A DNA stretch of 64,000 bases, taken from Raillietiella orientalis. Taxonomy: Eukaryota. The position numbers and the translations under genes are program-made. The stretch is from NCBI GenBank assembly GCA_036172245.1, contig JAYWIR010000018.1, positions 310,001 to 374,000 on the forward strand, written 5' to 3'. Position 1 is the first letter of the stretch. Each line of letters begins with the position of its first letter. Below, one piece after another: positions 26,701 through 40,163 of the stretch. The notes below the pieces were generated by a model, which had not been told where the DNA came from, searched no databases, and saw only the letters and a list, made by a program, of their open reading frames with translations.

Positions 26701-27451
26701 GCGGCGGCGGTGGAAGTACGATCTCCCGCAGTCCACTGTCCAGGACGACCGGCTCGTCGGGGCACTGCCCGCGTCGCCTTGGACAGGGAGCTGCGCATCC
26801 GCACGCAGAGCGGAGAGCAGGTGGGTGGGAACAGCTGATTTGTGGGAGGGGGGAAGGCATAGGGGTGGAGCCACCTTCTCCCGGGAACTCCCGTGAGGCA
26901 CAGGGGAGTGCCCGGGGAGCGATTCTCCTTCCACTCAACTGTTTCCAGGTGTTCCCCCTGCGCGTAGAGCTCGCCTTTCCCGAATGGAGCGTATCGCCCC
27001 AGCGGGTCGACTTCATCATCCTGACCGCCTCGGGCGTTCTAGAGCACGAGCAGGTTATCCGGCTGGCCAATCTGTCCAGGACGGCGATCGCCTGGGAATG
27101 TCTCGACCTGGAGCCTGACCCAGGAGAGAACGTGAGTCGACAGCGTGTTTCTCTCTCGACCTTACTCCTCCTCCTTTCTTCTCCGAGGCAGGGCGACCTG
27201 TTCGAGCTACTTCCAAGCCGGGGTGACCTGCCGGCGTCGTCCACGGCGCTACTCCGCTGCATCTTCCGGCCGAGGTGAGAGGCGTGCGCGCGCCGAGGGG
27301 TGGAGGACACCCGACGGCGGTGACGGCTTGCCGTAGGCGCTCTGGACCTGCGAAGAAGACCTGCGTGCTGAGGGAGAGGCACGGGTTGGCGGGAGATCTG
27401 CGGGTCCAGATGCTGGCGTGCGTGGAGAACCCTGTCGCTGAAGGAACGTGA
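17712..27451 (+). CDS. DLEC1: DLEC1/CFAP81-like ciliary central-apparatus protein (ASH/Ig-like repeats), many exons
   Basis: Exon 1 (17712-17903) MSDSFLHRPP..ASQDVTAVLQQLLRGVYA (cf. SQDISHLLTGVFRNLYS); exon from 19163 VRDTWERRQREVSTLEE; PQELVFRDYKPGQVLQ/KRLTLRN..GPHTRAFAL..LAPGLSASFLVIFSPDHQGDHWDCLEV..LRVPLRA; PRCIDMQHCLLG..FRNQG; later ASH-type motifs (PFLVEPSEGALAPG, FELLPSRGDL). Last exon 27337-27451. Not every internal junction was traced. Confidence 0.8.
18200..18700 (-). mobile_element. Decayed gypsy integrase C-terminal (GPY/F-region) relic in DLEC1 intron 1
   Basis: ALAAVFASKT (cf. PAALFAYRT), then KRKRARSAVRHVGTRVF...*WKG (cf. YDKRARxxxFxVGDRV...WKGPY). Confidence 0.33.
22350..22400. 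repeat. Compound (GAC)n(GAG)n microsatellite in a DLEC1 intron
   Basis: cgacgacgac...gaggaggagg is seen directly, just after a gtgag donor-like site at ~22320. Confidence 0.9.
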
Positions 27452-29149
27452 GCATGCTAATAAAATTTCGGACCGGAGGAGTCCGGGTCTTCACAGCATG
27501 GGCGAGGGTCACTCGGAGTCTTCAAGGAGGAGGAGGTGGAGGAAGGAAGGAAGTATGCGCCGCCGATCGCAGGAGACGCAGTGCTCGTCGTCTCCACGCG
27601 ACCTTCGAGGAAGAGGGGGAGGGGCGCTCCCGGAAACGGAAAGCGCTCACGCGCTTCCCGCTTCCGGGCATTCGGGTGATGAGGGTGAGCTGAGCGTGAG
27701 CTCAGCCACCGCCCCCCGCTGACCTTCCGACGATCCTCATCGTAGCCGGGGTCGAGATTCCCTCTTCGCGTTCCTTTTCTGCTAACCACGGAAGCCAAGG
27801 ATGGAAACTCCCCAGCCCGATTCATCTCGCGCCCGAGACGGCGTGTCCCGAGGGCAAGAAAGCAATGCTGTCCTCGAGCAACCATTGCACCATCCATGGG
27901 AAGAGTGGAGTGGGGGGGGGGGGGACGTCTGGCGGAACCCTCCAGGCGAAACCCTCGGAGCGCGGAAACGTGTGGGTGCAGAGTTCCGAAGGCAGGGGGA
28001 CGAGTGACTCCATGGGGGACGAGTCTCTTGATAGTGCCTTCCTTCGATCACAGGACGGCGGTCGCCACCTGCCGAGACTTGGCATTCGTGTCTCGGGCAG
28101 ACTCCAGGGGTGTAGCAAATCTACAGGTCTACGCTCATCCTCTTGTTGCGCGCGATATGGCGACTGTCCCCGATCGCCGAGCAGCTGTGGGCGAGACAGA
28201 AGTGGTAGTGCCAGGCAAACAGAGGCTGCCGCCGCAAAGAGCGGTCTTGTGCTCCGCTGTCCTCACCAGTGACTGTTTATCTACAAGATTTCTTACTTGT
28301 ACTATAAAGATTTATTCTGTTATTGCTATCAACACTAGTTCTACTATCTATTTCACGAACCGTGAACTTTTCCCTGAACAGAATCTCCGAGATGACCCTA
28401 TATTGTGCTACAGCATGACTGTTATCCTGCTTAATGATAACTGACCGCGATAGACTAGAGTGTTTTTTGCTGGATAATTTACCTTGGAATCCATCGATAG
28501 GGCAACTATTTATGTGCACACTTCATGGACTTCATAGGGTCCACAACTAATTGGAAAGATGCTTCATTTCACATACAAGAGCCTTTGAATACTAGAAAAC
28601 CCGCAATTCAAAGAAATAGAAACCGAAAAAGAAGAATTAACAAACACGCAAAAGAGAAATCTGCTGTTTTTGATCTGAGTGTTAAAATTACTCTAATGGA
28701 AGGCAATCCATTGGAAAAACTTAATGAATTATCAGTAAAGAAAAACAAAGCACCATTTGGCATGATATTTATCCATGCTGATAAAGTTAGCCGTCTTAAA
28801 TAACGGGACCGAGCCATAAGCAGGCAACTAAGTGGTTTTAAACCACCGGTACAAATACCGGGCGCCATTCTAGGAGTAGGAATTCTAGGAATATGCTATA
28901 ACTTTTAATGCTGGCTAATTTCTAAATTGAGAATGCCCTAGGATCTGAAGTCGCTTCAGCAGAGTCTCTTGATGGGAGGTTTCTTTCTTGACGATGAAGA
29001 AAAGCATCTTAGGTGCATAGCGTCTAGAGATAATACCAGGAAGCAAGGAACCGTGGAACGAAGAAATCGCATCAATTAGACATTGCCTCGAGGATAACAG
29101 TGCGGAGACCTATGAAAGCAGAAGACGCTGAAAAGTTAAGAGCTGGCAG

Positions 29150-29340
29150 GATCTATGTGTATCAGATAATCCTGTACAAGTCATTCCTGAAAATAACTGG
29201 TCCATTCATGTATGGGAAAGAGGGAAGCATAGAAAGGAAACCGATGGAGAAAAGTGGAAACCAGGAACATGGAGGAATTATTCGAATGGGAAACTGTCAA
29301 CCATGAGGCCTTCAAAAAACTAAAAGCTCAACTTCACATA
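29150..29340 (+). mobile_element. Decayed gypsy RT C-terminal/connection fragment
   Basis: KSFLKITG followed about 31 codons later (one frameshift) by FEWETVNHEAFKKLK (cf. FxWxxxxxxAFxKLK). Confidence 0.35.
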
Positions 29341-30603
29341 CAGAATGTGTCAGCGGAAGCCGTTGGGAAGCACTCTGTAGAAGGCCAAACTGCCTCCCTA
29401 AGAATTGTTAAAGAACGCATTTCTCTTTTGCTATTCAGGCTTAACGTACGGAGACAAAGTCAAACATTGGACTCAAAAACGGGGCAGATCAGTTTTGTCC
29501 CGCCTCCGGAGCGACCGAGAAGCATCACTAAAACTGTAATCTGTTACACTTTGAAACTCTGGCTAGTGGCTGGAACCATGTGACACGCATAACGAACCCA
29601 ACAGGCGAAAACATACCGAGAGGGAGGAATGCTAGGACATCCCTCGGAATTCTCATGGCCCGCTAGCCAGAATGTACCATTCGGCGTCCTCCACCGCAGC
29701 AGTCTTAATCAAAAGGTGGAAAATTAAAACAGGAAAGCAGGCAGCAGCAAAGCAGGTAGTCCGAAGCCTGTGGAAGAAGGCTATCAGCCCTTCTCGGAAA
29801 TTCTCCAACGATTACTAAGGGGAAGCGTCGATTCTCAGCGCAAAGTTTGTTGCAAAAACAGACTTGACCCACGTAAAGTTTAGTGTACGTTCAACTTTTG
29901 TGAATAGTGTGATCAATATTGTTAAGTAAGAGTGAAAGCAAATGGACCCAGATGGACACGCGTCAGGGAAAGTAAAGGCATCCCCGGGCCACGCGACGCG
30001 GGGAACACAGAAACAAACGGAAGAACACTCTTCCAAGCAGCGAGACGCTCGGATTCAAGTTCAATTAGGGCGGTTGAGGGCGACTGCCCGGGCGAGGGGC
30101 ACCTGCTTGGGCAGGTCTTCCTCACTCACTGGAAGGGGCGCAGAGCCGAAGCGGTGAGCAGCCCACTCCTTTGGGAACGAATAAAAATCGTGGCAAAAGT
30201 TAACTGAGACTGCCGTGGAAGGAATGTATCCAAGAGGAGCGAGAGAAGAGGTGCCACTGCATGCTTGGATGAAGCACACCGACTGCACCGCAGAAAATGA
30301 GCGGATGGGAACTTCATTCATCGTATAAATAGCATTGCAGAAAGTTTGCAAAGTGCAAGTTTCTGTGTGTGCAGCCTCACCCTTAAAAGTTCCGCCTGCT
30401 AAACATACCCACCGTCAACAGATGTTTAACAAGTCAACAACACGGTGGATTCGTGTAAAGATTTTTTTTTTCTTTTTCTTTTCATGGATCATCAATGGAA
30501 AGTTGGGGTGAAAGAGCTACGTTCCTAAAGATGCAGGAAATGGTAAAATGCTCTAGGGTACGTGCACGACGACTTTCTATGAATGCGAAACACAGTGGGA
30601 ACT

Positions 30604-33600
30604 TTAGAGGAAATGTTCTGGCAAGATGTATGATATGTCGTCCCATGGATGGCGGTACAAGCCCTGCTTGAGGCGTTTCTGATCCAAGTAGTGACCTGCT
30701 CGGAGAAACCTGCAGAAATTCGGGAAAAAAGGTAATCCTTTACCAATGAATCCAATGCTCCGGCCCAGGACAAATAATCCGTTGATAGTGCCTATGTCAA
30801 TGTATTCTTGTGCTTCCTCCCTTGTAAAGCATCCACTATGGCGAAGCATATCAACAAATGTCACTCCAATGGCTCCATCGACATTGAGGATGAGATTAGG
30901 CTTTTTTGAAGTCGTGATTTTTTCTACTTCCAAAGCATACTCCAGCAAGGGGCATGAGGGAAAGTTATCCATAACAAACTTCTTGAGCAGATTGACACGC
31001 ACATCAGGGTTGTCAATCTGTTAAGATCACGAGCATGAGAGGAAAGATCGAAGACACATTCCTTACTGATTTGACTCGGTGGCCAATTCCCATTATTAGT
31101 TCGCCTTTTTTTTTCATTTCGTTCACAAACTGCATAGGATGCAGACCAGAATCATGGCCATAGCTGAATTGCCGGGCTGCTCCATCAATAGCACCTCCAA
31201 ATCTGTCTCCCTGCAAAGCACAGTTGCATTAGGCAGCAGCAAGCCAAGAAACGAGCTGCTATACAATTGTGAGTAATCCTGATGCTAGAGAAGACACTAG
31301 ATCCTTCCCAGCTCTGGCAGTAACAATGGTATTATGAGCACCAGCCACTGCCGGGCCATGGTCAGCTGTCAGCAAAAGACACATTTCAAAATAGCAAGTT
31401 ATGTATGCAGGCATGCGGCGTTGGAACCAGAGAAGAGATATGACACCGCCGATTCCCAAATTTTCTTTCAAAATCTGGAGATTGCACATCAAAAGATGCA
31501 GACCACTGGACAGGTTGCTGCCTACCTCAGTTATGGGAATGCCAGCATACAAGACCTCTTTCCCACGCTCATCACAGATGCTTGTCATGAAGGATGCAGG
31601 CTTACGGATGAGGCCTAGCTCCTAACCACTACTACTGAGCAAGCATCACATCCCAAGTACTTACCCTTGCCCATGCATAATCCATAGGCACCGTAGGAGG
31701 AGGTACCTCTGGTTCTACCACAATAACACCACTGTCTACTAACTGGCAATACACTTGCTGAATAAGTCGACCAAAACCATCAAAACTCTTTGGCACATAG
31801 GCACCAGCTGATGCAAGAGCTTGGTTTTTAGCCACTGCAGTCTCCTTTTCTGCATGGGCACATGCTCCTGCATGACCAAACTGCACTTCGGAAGCAAACA
31901 TGCCTGATGAAAAGGAAATCAACATTGGGGATCTTTTATACAAAGGCAAGTACTTGCACAGGTGCCAATGCACCATGCCACCAGTGGCTTGGTAAGTATC
32001 TTCTTCTGAAGAGCATTGCACACTGCATACTCTTCAATACCACCCACTTCTCCAAGAAGTACAAGCACTTTCACCTTTCTGTTCATTATTTTACCTCCAA
32101 AACTAAAAATGGATCTTACCTTTGGATCTTGCTGATATCGCAACAAATGATCTAGGAAACTGGATCCCGGATAACGGTCTCCACCAATGGCCACACCTTC
32201 ATGAACACCATTGGTACACAGACTAATGATATTGTTCAGTTCATTTGACATGCCTCCAGAACGGGACACATATGCTACACTAAGCATAACCATCAAAACT
32301 ATGCCATCACCTCCATAATTACCTTCCAGGGCGATACAATTTGCAGCTTAAAATATTATCCAGCATCCCTCCTGTGTTGCCAATTCGAAAGCAGCCTGGC
32401 TTTATGCCTCCCACAGTAGCTGGCCCAATGATAATTATCTCCTTTTTCCTGGCTTTGCCAATCAATCTTCGAGTCATGTTTTCTGGAATACCCTCGGCAA
32501 TGATGGAAATGCATTTGAACTGCTTATATTGCAGAGCCTCCAAGGAACTATCATAAGCAGAGCGCAGTGATGCAAAGTTCACCAAAACTTCTGCTTCAGG
32601 ATGCTTCTCCACACATTCTTTGAAGCTTTTGTAGACTATAATCCGGAAAAATGCATTGCTGCTGGTTATTATTGGACTATTCACCTGGAATTAGCATTTC
32701 CGCATGTCCCCAGTAAAACTTTTGCATGTGGTCCCCCATCATGGGGTAGACCAGAGCAACAACGGATGGATCCTTGCGTCGACACACAAAATCAAAATCC
32801 AGCATGCCCTGAATTTTTTTTTTAACTAAACGTAATCGTTCACAATAAACTGATTCACCTGCACGGCTTTGGTTTGTAAACCATAAACAATGGCCCTTGT
32901 ATGCTGGTGAAACAAAGGAGCTGCATAAGATTCATCTCCTTTACTAAGTCCATAACCTGCATCATGTACATCGCTGCAAGTCTGCATTCCTTCAGAAATC
33001 TCTTTATCACTTGATTCCTACAAATAAAATCTTTTCCCTCAGTTGGTGAAAAGTGGCATGATTTGTACCCCTCTTGCAGGCAACAGAAAGTTGGCTGTGT
33101 GACCTGCAAAATGCTCTGTTTCTACAATGGGCTTCTGACCCAAAGCCATGCTAACAATTGTTGTCATATGTGTCTCAGGACCAAATACGTAAATGGGAAT
33201 ATTCAGATTCTGGCCACATTCCTTAATTATCCTACAAACATACATTCACTGCAACATTCATTCTGATATGCAGCAAAACACACCTAAGTCCTTCTTGATA
33301 ATTGGGACCAGCCCTTCTCACAAAGATGCTTACTTTATGTTCCATCAAGACTTCTCGGAACTCAGCTAATGCTTTCACAATACCTTTGAAAGTGGTAGCA
33401 ACATTTGTGAAGTTGGCAATGCCTCCACCAATCAGAAGTATCTGAGCACATTACTGATGAATGCATTTGTGGGTTTACCTTGCCATCCGGATGAAAGTGT
33501 CTGGTTATCAGTTTCAGGATAGTTTTGGCATATTCGTAAGTCTGTTGCTCAGAAGGAGCACCCGAATATTCGCCATAATTGGCCAATTGATCAGCAAACC

Positions 33601-35246
33601 CCAAGTCGCATACTGTGTCACTGAACACTACAGAAGCACCTCCTCCTGCAATCATGGTCCAGATTCGTCCATATTCATTGAGGATTGTGAGCTGCATGGT
33701 ATCTTTGAAAGTTTCCCATAACAGAAGAATTCACCTTCAGAGAAGCACCAGTCATGGCATCAAGCTGGGCAATATACTGCTCTTCAGGAAAGGCTTCTCT
33801 GCCAAAAGCAGGTGGAAACTCGACTTCACCCCACTTGTGAGCACATAAAAAATTAGCTGCACTGTCCAGCTTAGCTGCAAAGTCTGCAACGTGAACTATT
33901 CCTCCTACTACAATAAGTGGATTGATTTCTAGGAAAGTGAAATGCAGTTCAACAAACATGCTGTAAAGTGCCTTCACGAAGACTGTCAAACTCCTGGAAA
34001 GTACAAAAGTCTTAACTATATGTTACTGATACTTTTCATAGAGATTTAGGGTAATCTGATTAATGACGAACATTTTAATTTTGTCATCAACATGTTTAAA
34101 CAAATGGTCCAAATCTCCTATTTCATAATCATCACAGATTGGAACTTCATGTTTCAAGGCTTTGTTTTCTACATTGCCTACATCTATTCCTCCATGATGA
34201 TGAAAAAGAATAACATCTACCTCCATTTGAGAATAAATGCATAAATAGAATTCATCCTCCTGATCAATGATTTCTTTTCAAGTTATGAGAGCATGAAAAT
34301 AAGTGCATACCTGAGAATGGCATACATAGGGCTCAATAATGAAATGTGTGAGTTTTCCAGATACATTTCCCACCTACATCAAAGGTCATCAAGGTCATGC
34401 TTTATATTTATATATATATATATATATTTCATACCTTGACAACCTTTCCTGAATATTCAGAAATCCACTGTTTCACTTCATCAAAAGTAGCATCGACTTT
34501 TATCAAGCCTAATTTACCTCTTCTTTTAATTAACTGATCAGATTTCACAACCAATCTCTGGAAAAGACAAGATAAAACACATACAGTACCAAGGTTACAA
34601 ATACAATATCTCTCATGTTGTAACACTATCACAAATCACTAAGTAAGAAAACCAGAATAAGAACTGCTCCTGGAAAATTACAGTCACTGCAAAATACACT
34701 GACATTTCAGTTTCTGAAACAATATTAAAGATTGCTTGAATGGATACCAAAAGTAAATCCTGGATGAAATGCTAAAAATCTCTCTGCCTAAGAGATGTAA
34801 AATACTGAAAGCTTTTACGATTTTTTTAAAATGATGTCTAAAACAATCATCAGATTCAACTTGAGAGCAAAAATAAATGGATGTGCGTTGGTATAACATG
34901 CACTAGATGTATATTCTTGCTCTGTATACACGCAACAAAAAGCACACACACAGAAAAATGCAGATTTTTGAACTCCAGGTTTACATAGAACAAACCATGA
35001 TCTGGAACAAGGAAACAGGGATAAGGAAATAAGGGATAAGGAATAAGGAAAACTGAACTTGAAAAAAATCAATAAATTTACCTCCTGCTTCAGCCAACTG
35101 TGGTCTTCGCATACTGAATCTAGATTCGTATCGGCATTCACAGAAATAAATCTTGGAATGTTTAAGTATAAATTGGAAGCTTGTTCGCACAAGGTACGTT
35201 TAAGAAATGTTTTCCCCGTCGATTCTCTGATAGCTTTGGCTGCCAT
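30604..35246 (-). CDS. ACLY: ATP-citrate synthase (ATP-citrate lyase), multi-exon
   Basis: MAAKAIRE start; [91 protein letters not shown] (catalytic His); [33 protein letters not shown] at the C-terminus. Confidence 0.98.
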
Positions 35247-36249
35247 GCTTAGGCTGAGAATGGGTAAGTAGTTGCTTCTGGTCTACGATTCCTTAATTCA
35301 CCCAATTGTTTCATCCACCCATCACGGGAAGCTCCGACTGAAACAAAATGTGAATCTCAATGTGGTGGTGGTGGTGATGTCTCACAATTTCACACGCTTC
35401 CTACTGGACAGTGCTCCGTGACACCCACGTTTGCACTCCACGCACAGCCCCCAAGACCAATGTATCGACCCGATTACCAAAACAGCTGTTTCAGGCATTC
35501 CAAATGTGTGTCGTGAAAAGGAAAAGGGAATTCGGTGGAACTTTCAAGGTTCTTCTAATCACAGGTAACTGGAAGAACAGATGTGAGTTCCGCATTACAA
35601 TACAGCCATTTCCTGGGTAATACATACATTCAAAAACATCGGTGTTTCCCGTGCTAGGCCTAAGATTGCCCAAAAGCACTCCCACCCTTTTAACACTGGG
35701 TTCATAAAAAAAAGTCATTAAAAGCAACAGCTAGAAAAACAAGCATTTTATTACAGATTTCCAGAAAAAGACCTTCAGAAAGGAAAATTTTGTAGTTAAT
35801 TCCAAGGCAGCAGTAGCTTGCCAGGGGGAGAAAAAAAAAAATGATAAAAACTGCAATAATCCCCTGATGGGATTTACGTTGCAGGGTGACACACAACACA
35901 TTACAGCATTAAACGGTCTTAAATGCTACTTCAATGATGATGCTTTTTTTTAAATTTTTGGAGTTCAAAATTTGCCATGCCAATTTGGAGAAGATAAACA
36001 GCCTTTGTCAGCTGAAGTTTGTATCGAGACGAATAAGAACGATTCAATTGTATGATGCAAACAATAACATCCAGATTGATTAGACTGCACTATGATTTCT
36101 TTTTTTTTTTTCCCCTTCCAATTTCCTTATGAAACTCTCCCATCTAGAGTAAAAATGGTGAACTTCAAAACTTGTAAAACAAGAATGAATTTCCTGCAAC
36201 TTCAACTTGGTTATCAGTTATTTTTCGTACGGCATGCATGTGTGCTAAC

Positions 36250-39200
36250 CGTGACCGTGAAGTAAACTCCATATTGTGACAGTCTCTTTCTTCGTCGAGA
36301 TGAGAAGTTTTGGGTTGCTAACACGTTCTCGATCTCGCCTGAATGGGTGCATTTTTTGTCGTCTGGCCTTGTAAATAATCAATATCGACAGCCTAGATGG
36401 GTTTTGTTTTAATGATTCCGTAAATGCGCTCAGAATGATTTTATAAACTTTCTTTAAACTCAACGTTTACACCACCAATTTCATAAATTCAGCCTTCCAG
36501 AATTTCTGGGTATCTGGTGAAATGATCCATGCTTCACGAGGAACATGCGGACTGATTTTCCACGATGATCGCTCAAATACTGTTTAGAAGTCCTGTGACT
36601 GTCCATTTTACAAGAAACACCACCATTCCTAATTGAGAGCTACTGACGTTCTGGTTCTACGAAACAGTCGCAAAAATTCGTAATCTGAAGTTAAGTGAAT
36701 AAAAAAGTAGCCTTGAACGAGAAGTGACTTTGTAAAAGTCTTTCTGTCATTTAAAGTGTTCAGTTTTTTGTATCCTCTTTGAACTTCAATTGCTTCCTAA
36801 ACAATACCAAGCTCTTATGGAAATCCTGTGTGGCACTGAGTGACCAGAAAAGCTATTCATAAAACATTGCTTCACTACATTCAAGGGTCTCCAAAGCCGA
36901 TTATCACAGGTCTACTTTAAAAATAACTTAATCATGCTGAATTCAGCACCCTCCCCAAACAGTCAGAGAACAAATAGTCAGAGAAAATGCACCTTTGAAA
37001 AGATGGCACTTTTTCGTGTTCGTGGGGTGGGTCGCACGCACATGGAACAACGTAGATTCTCTAAACTGCAAGTCCCTTGGAACATCCAGGAGGATTTCAC
37101 ATGTGCCTCAGTTGAGGAAGCTTTTGCCATCCGCTATGTAAGGTTTCAACTCGCAACCTTCTGATCCACAGAGGCATCTTAGCTTCGACTGCAGCATGGA
37201 TTCTCATTTCGCTAACTTCCATGCGAAACGAAAGGAATATTTGTCTACTTAAGGATTGCGAGCTCTGTATGGCCGCTGACTGGCCAACTTTTCATCTCAT
37301 CTATTTAGTTGAAGGTGGCGTTCCAGGATTATTCTATGAAAGCACTGGCAGCTACAGGAGATCTAGACGGTTCCGTGCTATACGAATTTGTCGGCTTGAG
37401 AACCCGTAACTTGTTTTCCAGGACATTTACCTCCAAGCAGTTGCGCCCACGTTGATGAGACTTGGGAGTTGCTAAGCTCTTTCTCACGCGAGAACCCATC
37501 GGGAATTTCTGGTTAGTTTTTCCGGAGATCTTGATAATGCGGCGAATGGAAAACACCCTCGCACGTAGTCCCACAGACATTCGGCTCTTGGTTCGGGCTT
37601 CGTTCATCCACCACAAAGTTGTCTCTACGCCAATATCAGTCCCTGGTAGTTGTGGACTGTCCCTTTGTTTCGGAAGTCCCCCATTCTCACTTCCTACATC
37701 CCGTATTCCATTCTCAGAGAGAGGGTACTCCTTTTTGTTCTGCAACGACCTCGCCACGGGAGCCGACGTGTTCGGTCTACCGGACCGGGCGTTGCGGATG
37801 GTTGTAATGTCCCGACCAGTTGCTGGAAGCACGCGCAGGGAAGTGGCGCCCTCCAGTTGCACTTGCAGCTTCTATTGCGTGCCAACAACGGGCGGCTGCC
37901 TCCGAGAAGATAATTAATCGGAAAATGAAAGGCATGTTACCCAAGCCATGCGTGATATCTCTTGGGGAAGAGGGAAAAAAATTTCGACCGAAGCATAGGG
38001 GTTGCACGGCAGCTTCCCCGCACGGATCGGAGTCTAGAAACTACCCCATGGTGCTTCTGAAAATGTGCGGCGGTAGCAGCGACCAAAAGTCGACGCTGGA
38101 GAAAGGGGGGGGGGGGAGAAGTGGCGAACGTATAAGCACGCAGTTGGAAACAACGCGGCAACAGATGCTTCCGATCTTTTTTCGGAAATAAGAAAAGGGA
38201 ACCTCCGCAGATGCAAGCGCAGGAAGCACTCAAGAAGCGGGAAAGGCGCTGCTGGACCGCCAGCGCGACGCCCTCGCAAACAAGTGCTAGCAATTGCCTG
38301 CTCGCCTCGCCTCGCACTTCAGGCCACGGGGGCGGAACGAAAGCACCGCTACTGAGAAGGGCCCACCTCGCTCAGCTTCCAAGTGCTGCAGAGCGAGGAA
38401 CGACGGGCGAAGAAGGCACCGAGCTCCGTCCAGGACTAAGAAATGGACGGGAGCACGCGTTCTGCGAACCATTTATCAACTCTAACGGCCACCAGGCTTC
38501 TCGCGCCGCACGGAAGAGTGGGGATGGCCCTTCCTGCTGGAACCGCCTCGCGTGATCGGAATCAGAGCGAACCAAGAACGGAGAGGCTGCGGGAGTCCCG
38601 TGACCTACTTCCGGACCTCCTCACCACATGGCTCAGCGAGCGAGCCGAACAAAGGATCTTTTCCAAGCTTGGGCAGGTGTCCACCGTTTCGTGATCCATG
38701 GAGGAAGATTCCCCTCGACACCGTCGCGTGGCCAGCGTTTCCTGAGTGGGATGCGGTCGCTCCCAAGGATGTGCGCGAGGCAGTGGAAAAAATTCCCGAG
38801 CAGTAGTGGTGAGCCAGCCGAGCGCTGCCTCATCTCGTGGCGCGACGGAAGCATGGGAGAACTGCAGCAAACGGTCGTTTGCTTCCTCCAGCCAGAAAGC
38901 GCGCCTCCCATCCCAGGAATCCACGAGTGGCAGCTGAATCGCGAACGGGCGCTACACGCCTTCCTCTGCCATTTGTACCGTGGAAGCGAAAGAACGGGAT
39001 ATGTCCACGGGGTTCCTTACACCAAAATGGAGGGAAGGCGTAAACGAGACGCTGAGGTAGGAAGAATCATGTTGCGACCACGAGGAGGGCAATCAACAGA
39101 AGGTGCACAGCAGATGGACGTCTGTAAGCAACATGTGCTTCCAAGGGGTCTGCTTAGAGGCCTCACGAGAGTCGCTACCCCTTCTCAACGGATAGGAAAG

Positions 39201-39600
39201 GCGTCTCTCGCTTCCCTTTGTCGACTCGTTTTTAAGAGGGCGTTTGCACGTGCGGACGAAATCTTTTAGTCGCAGATTCCAGAAGTGAACAGCCGTGCCG
39301 CTGGTAGGGAACCAACGTACTAGGAAATATCGACGTGCAGCAGTCGGGAGCGCGCAGGTGCGCCAGCGTGCGCGTGAAAATTCGCTGTGGAGGGGACGAG
39401 TCCACTCGTCGAAAACCAGGCGAGGATCCGATTTTCTCCTCCCCCCCCCCCGCATACAACCTCCCTTAACGCAGCTGCGAACGGCACTCCTGGAAAACGC
39501 TTGAACTTTGGAAGATGCAGGCACGCTGGCAGTAGCGAAAACGGGAGCTTCCAAGGCAAAGGGCCCCCCGCCGATGGGTGCACCCGTCCACAACATAGCA
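36250..39600 (-). mobile_element. Decayed near full-length Ty3/gypsy pol (protease-RT-RNase H-integrase)
   Basis: In order on the minus strand: AMLWTGA (DTG protease-like, ~39590); FLVLDG..RPRGLK; PSSPRDITHGLGNMPFIFRLIIFSEAAA (cf. FLGMxxYYRRFIxxFSExAAP); VARSLQNKKEYPLSE; TD..LWWM..SRM..IKISGKTNQ..SR; ETLHSG..PGCSK..YVVPCAC (HHCC); MDHFTRYPE (rve). Confidence 0.6.
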
Positions 39601-40107
39601 GATCAGGCGGCGGCGTCGAGACGTGCGCGAGGTAGCATGGAGGACCGATCTATCCCGTCGATGCTCCTCTTCCGCTTTGCCTGCAATTCGGGGAACCACA
39701 TGGCGCCAGCAGCAGCTGCCTCCTCCCTTCTGCCCCAAGGCATTCTGCCGCCGCAGTGCAGGGCGCGCGCGCGGCTCAAGAAGACAGAGGCGCAACAAGA
39801 GAAGAGATCGGACCACGTGCGCGAATCTGCGACGCACTCCAAGCCCCCGCGTTTCTCCACAGCCCCAGGCTGCCGCAGAAAAGAACGGTAGGGAGTTGCT
39901 GCGCAAACGCGCGGCACGGATCTTGGCTTTCTCCAGGGGAGAGAGAAAACGGAAGGGAGGGTCCGCTTCAGTGCCGTTCCCGGCATGACGGAGTCCAAAA
40001 GGGCAGCGGCAGACCTCGCTGCTAGCGTAACGGAAGAGGGGGAGGGGCGCTGAAGACCCTCCCCATCGGGTGCATCAGGTACATCGGAGAGTCGTCTATC
40101 CACTGGC

Positions 40108-40113
40108 TTTATT
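40108..40113 (-). terminator. Putative poly(A) signal of the reticulon gene
   Basis: TTTATT on + (AATAAA on -) about 50 nt beyond the stop. Confidence 0.55.
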
Positions 40114-40163
40114 GAAGCTAATCCGACAGCATGCAACGACGATGGAAGAAACCCCGTGCCTCC

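Noticed and set aside
28270..28890. Possible LTR and PBS (gggcgccattctaggagtaggaa) upstream of the 29.2 kb relic
   Set aside because: No TGG start, no clear tRNA match and no second LTR copy seen.
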